Shown piece after piece: positions 61,691 through 64,000 of a stretch of DNA of 64,000 nucleotides. The notes beneath the pieces were generated by a model. The model searched no databases. It had not been told where the DNA came from and saw only the letters and a list, made by a program, of their open reading frames with translations. The number at the start of each line of letters is the position of its first letter. Position 1 is the first letter of the stretch. A program made the translations under genes and the position numbers. Origin of the DNA: Octopus sinensis (taxonomy: Eukaryota); the NCBI RefSeq assembly GCF_006345805.1, contig NC_042997.1, forward strand, positions 213,156,001 to 213,220,000, read 5' to 3'.

Positions 61691-62614
61691 AATTGGTTTA
61701 TTCCAATGGAGAAAAAAAGTGGATTGAACTCTACATTATCCTATGTGTATAGTTCAATTCTAGTTCAATGTACTAGAAACAGCTGCTAAATCTCTTTTAA
61801 ATCACATATATTTTCATAAATATTTTTTCCTACCATAAATCTTCTGTTGCTTTTTAAGTGCCTAGTGCAAAAAAAAATTGGCCTAAATTGGTTCAGGGGT
61901 TGGGGGATTGTGAATTTAAAAAAAATTTATTTCATAAAAAGCTTCTTCTCTTCATTTCCAAGGCTGCAATGAAAAACAAAAATGGGAAAAAATTCTGTCA
62001 AAATGAAGATCCAACTGATGGGGATATCCTCATCCAAAACTCAGCCCTACAAATAATTAAATGAAACTACAGTCATCACAAACATGTATATTCAGACATG
62101 ATTATATTGTGATCCTTTATATTTAGGGGTCTCAGTTTTGATACACTACTATGGGATATAAAAACTGAATCTTCTCTAAGTTTGGAGCATTACAATAAAT
62201 TCAATAAGTAACCTTGGGGAGCTCTGGGGAAGGGATGACACAATTTGGCCATACGAAAACCCATTTTTTGGTACATCATTTTCATGACAAATTACTTATT
62301 TTCCTTGGAAAATGATCATTTGAAAGTTCTGGATGTGAACTTTGTTCTCATAGTTTTAACCACAATCTGACACTTGCCTAAGATGTCAGGGTCCCTCAAA
62401 CACCCTGGTATTCCCACCCATTCACAAAGTTTATCTCATATTTTTTGGTGACTGCTGAATGGTAGCCCTGAACCTAGTTCAGTGAGCTTGAGTGTTAGAT
62501 GTAATGAAAATCATACACTCATGTAGAGGAAAATTAAAAAAACATCACATCAGACTTCAATAGCCCACAAAATAATATTCATTGCATAATATAATTTTTA
62601 TTGATGAAAATAGA

Positions 62615-62903
62615 CCAGGCCGATGCCAGTGCCGCCGCGACTGGCTTCAGTGCCAGTGGCATGTAAAATGCACCAATCCGACCGTGGCCATTGCCAGCCT
62701 CGCCTGGCACCTGTGCAGGTGGCACGTAAAAAGCACCCACTACACTCACGGAGTGGTTGGCATTAGGAAGGGCATCCAGCTGTAGAAACACTGCCAGATA
62801 AGACCGGAGCCTGGTGCAGCCTTTTGGCTTCCCAGATCCCCGGTCGAACCGTCCAACCCATGCTAGCATGGAGAACGGACGTTAAACGATGATGATGATG
62901 ATG
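62615..62903 (+). mobile_element. RTE 3' UTR copy
   Basis: VNTR unit, core and (GAT)n tail. Confidence 0.88.
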
Positions 62904-63239
62904 ATTTCTCTACAAAAAATGAAATTCACCCATATAAGAGAATCTAGGTGTATAGAGTGGGGAGAGAAAAGGGGGAAGCAGCAATGTAGTGAGGACTGGG
63001 AGTGGGGAATACTGTAAGTGGTGAGAATCTGGGTGTGGGGGAGATGCAGTGAGCAGAGTAGCAAGGACTAGATTGGGGAGTGTAAGATAATTGTAGTGTA
63101 TGAAGAGGAAATGTGAGGAAGAGAAAGGAAAGGGAAGTGGGGGTGGTGTTTGGTTTGTTGGGGGGGGGTAGGGTGTGTGCTAGTTTTATTATGAGACACA
63201 ACTCAGGTTCACTAGTGTGGGGGGTGGGTCTTCTCAAGA

Positions 63240-64000
63240 ACTTCATATTGCCAGGCATCTCAGTCCAGTGTCATTTCTTGTGTGAGTTCCAACATCCTAA
63301 GATCAGTCCTCACCACTTCATCCCTTGTCTTCCTGGGTCTTCCTTTTACACAGGTGCCATCCACTTTCAGTGACAGGCTCTTCTTTATGCACCTGTCTTC
63401 ATTCATACACATCACATGTCCAAACCAACAAAGTCTTCTCTCTTGCACACTGCATTTGATTCCTCTTATGTCCAACTTTTTTCTCAGCACATTTGTGCTT
63501 TGTCATTCATGCCACACATCCAGCAGAGCATTTCTCTCTAGTCTACACATGTCCTCTGCATTCAGAGCTCAAGTTTTACTACCATGGAGTATGGCTGTTC
63601 ATACACAAGCGTCATACAATCTACCTTTCACTCTGAGAGAGAGTCCTTTAGTTGCCAACAGAGATAGTAGGTCTCTGAATTTTCTCCATCCTTTTCTAGA
63701 AACAATACTTTCAGAGCATCCACCCTCATTGTTATTTGGTCACCTAGGTAACAGAAACTGTCTACAACCTCAAGAGAGCCTCCTGGGCATTTGAGAGTAT
63801 CTAATTCCCATATGCTCTTAGTGCTTATTGTTCCTGCACTTCTGCCACACACAAAGGTGACCTTATCTGTTAATCTTCCTGTGATTCCAATGCATCTCTT
63901 ATGTGCAGTGAATGGAATTACTGCCACACACAAAGGTGACCTTATCTGTTAATCTTCCTGTGATTCCAATGCATCTCTTATGTGCAGTGAATGGAATTAC
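63240..64000 (-). mobile_element. RTE ORF fragment with a 79-bp tandem duplication at the window end
   Basis: LRKKLDIRGIKCSVQERRLCWFGHV..KGRPRKT; 63842-63920 is identical to 63921-63999. Confidence 0.85.

Overview
Eukaryotic, AT-rich and repeat-dense DNA. The repeat landscape points to a coleoid cephalopod, probably Octopus (inference): tRNA-derived SINEs, RTE LINEs with (GAT)n tails, Penelope-like elements and many microsatellites. The only host gene I can support is dynactin subunit 5 (DCTN5/p25) on the + strand: coding exon 1 (47895-47942, MELPEVKYDVTEYIET), a 13.1-kb intron made mostly of retroelements, and exon 2 (61073-61141, [23 protein letters not shown]). I found no exon 3 in the window. 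Almost everything else is decayed mobile DNA: RTE, CR1/L2-type, Tx1, R4/Dong-like and HERO-like non-LTR elements, a Gypsy remnant, mariner/Tc1 and piggyBac-type elements, MITEs, several SINE families and minisatellites. The most interesting layer is a set of hammerhead-ribozyme (HHR) motifs in Penelope-type terminal repeats. One family places a tRNA-like Pol III promoter between the GIY-YIG stop codon and the HHR. Other observations are HHR-like motifs behind a HERO-like ORF, a 55-bp inverted templated insertion, higher-order repeats grown from RTE 3' UTRs, (TAA)n-associated R4/Dong copies, a long hairpin upstream of DCTN5 and a possible poison acceptor at DCTN5 exon 2. All alignments, translations and folds were done by eye; repeat boundaries are approximate and family names come from recalled motifs, not database searches.
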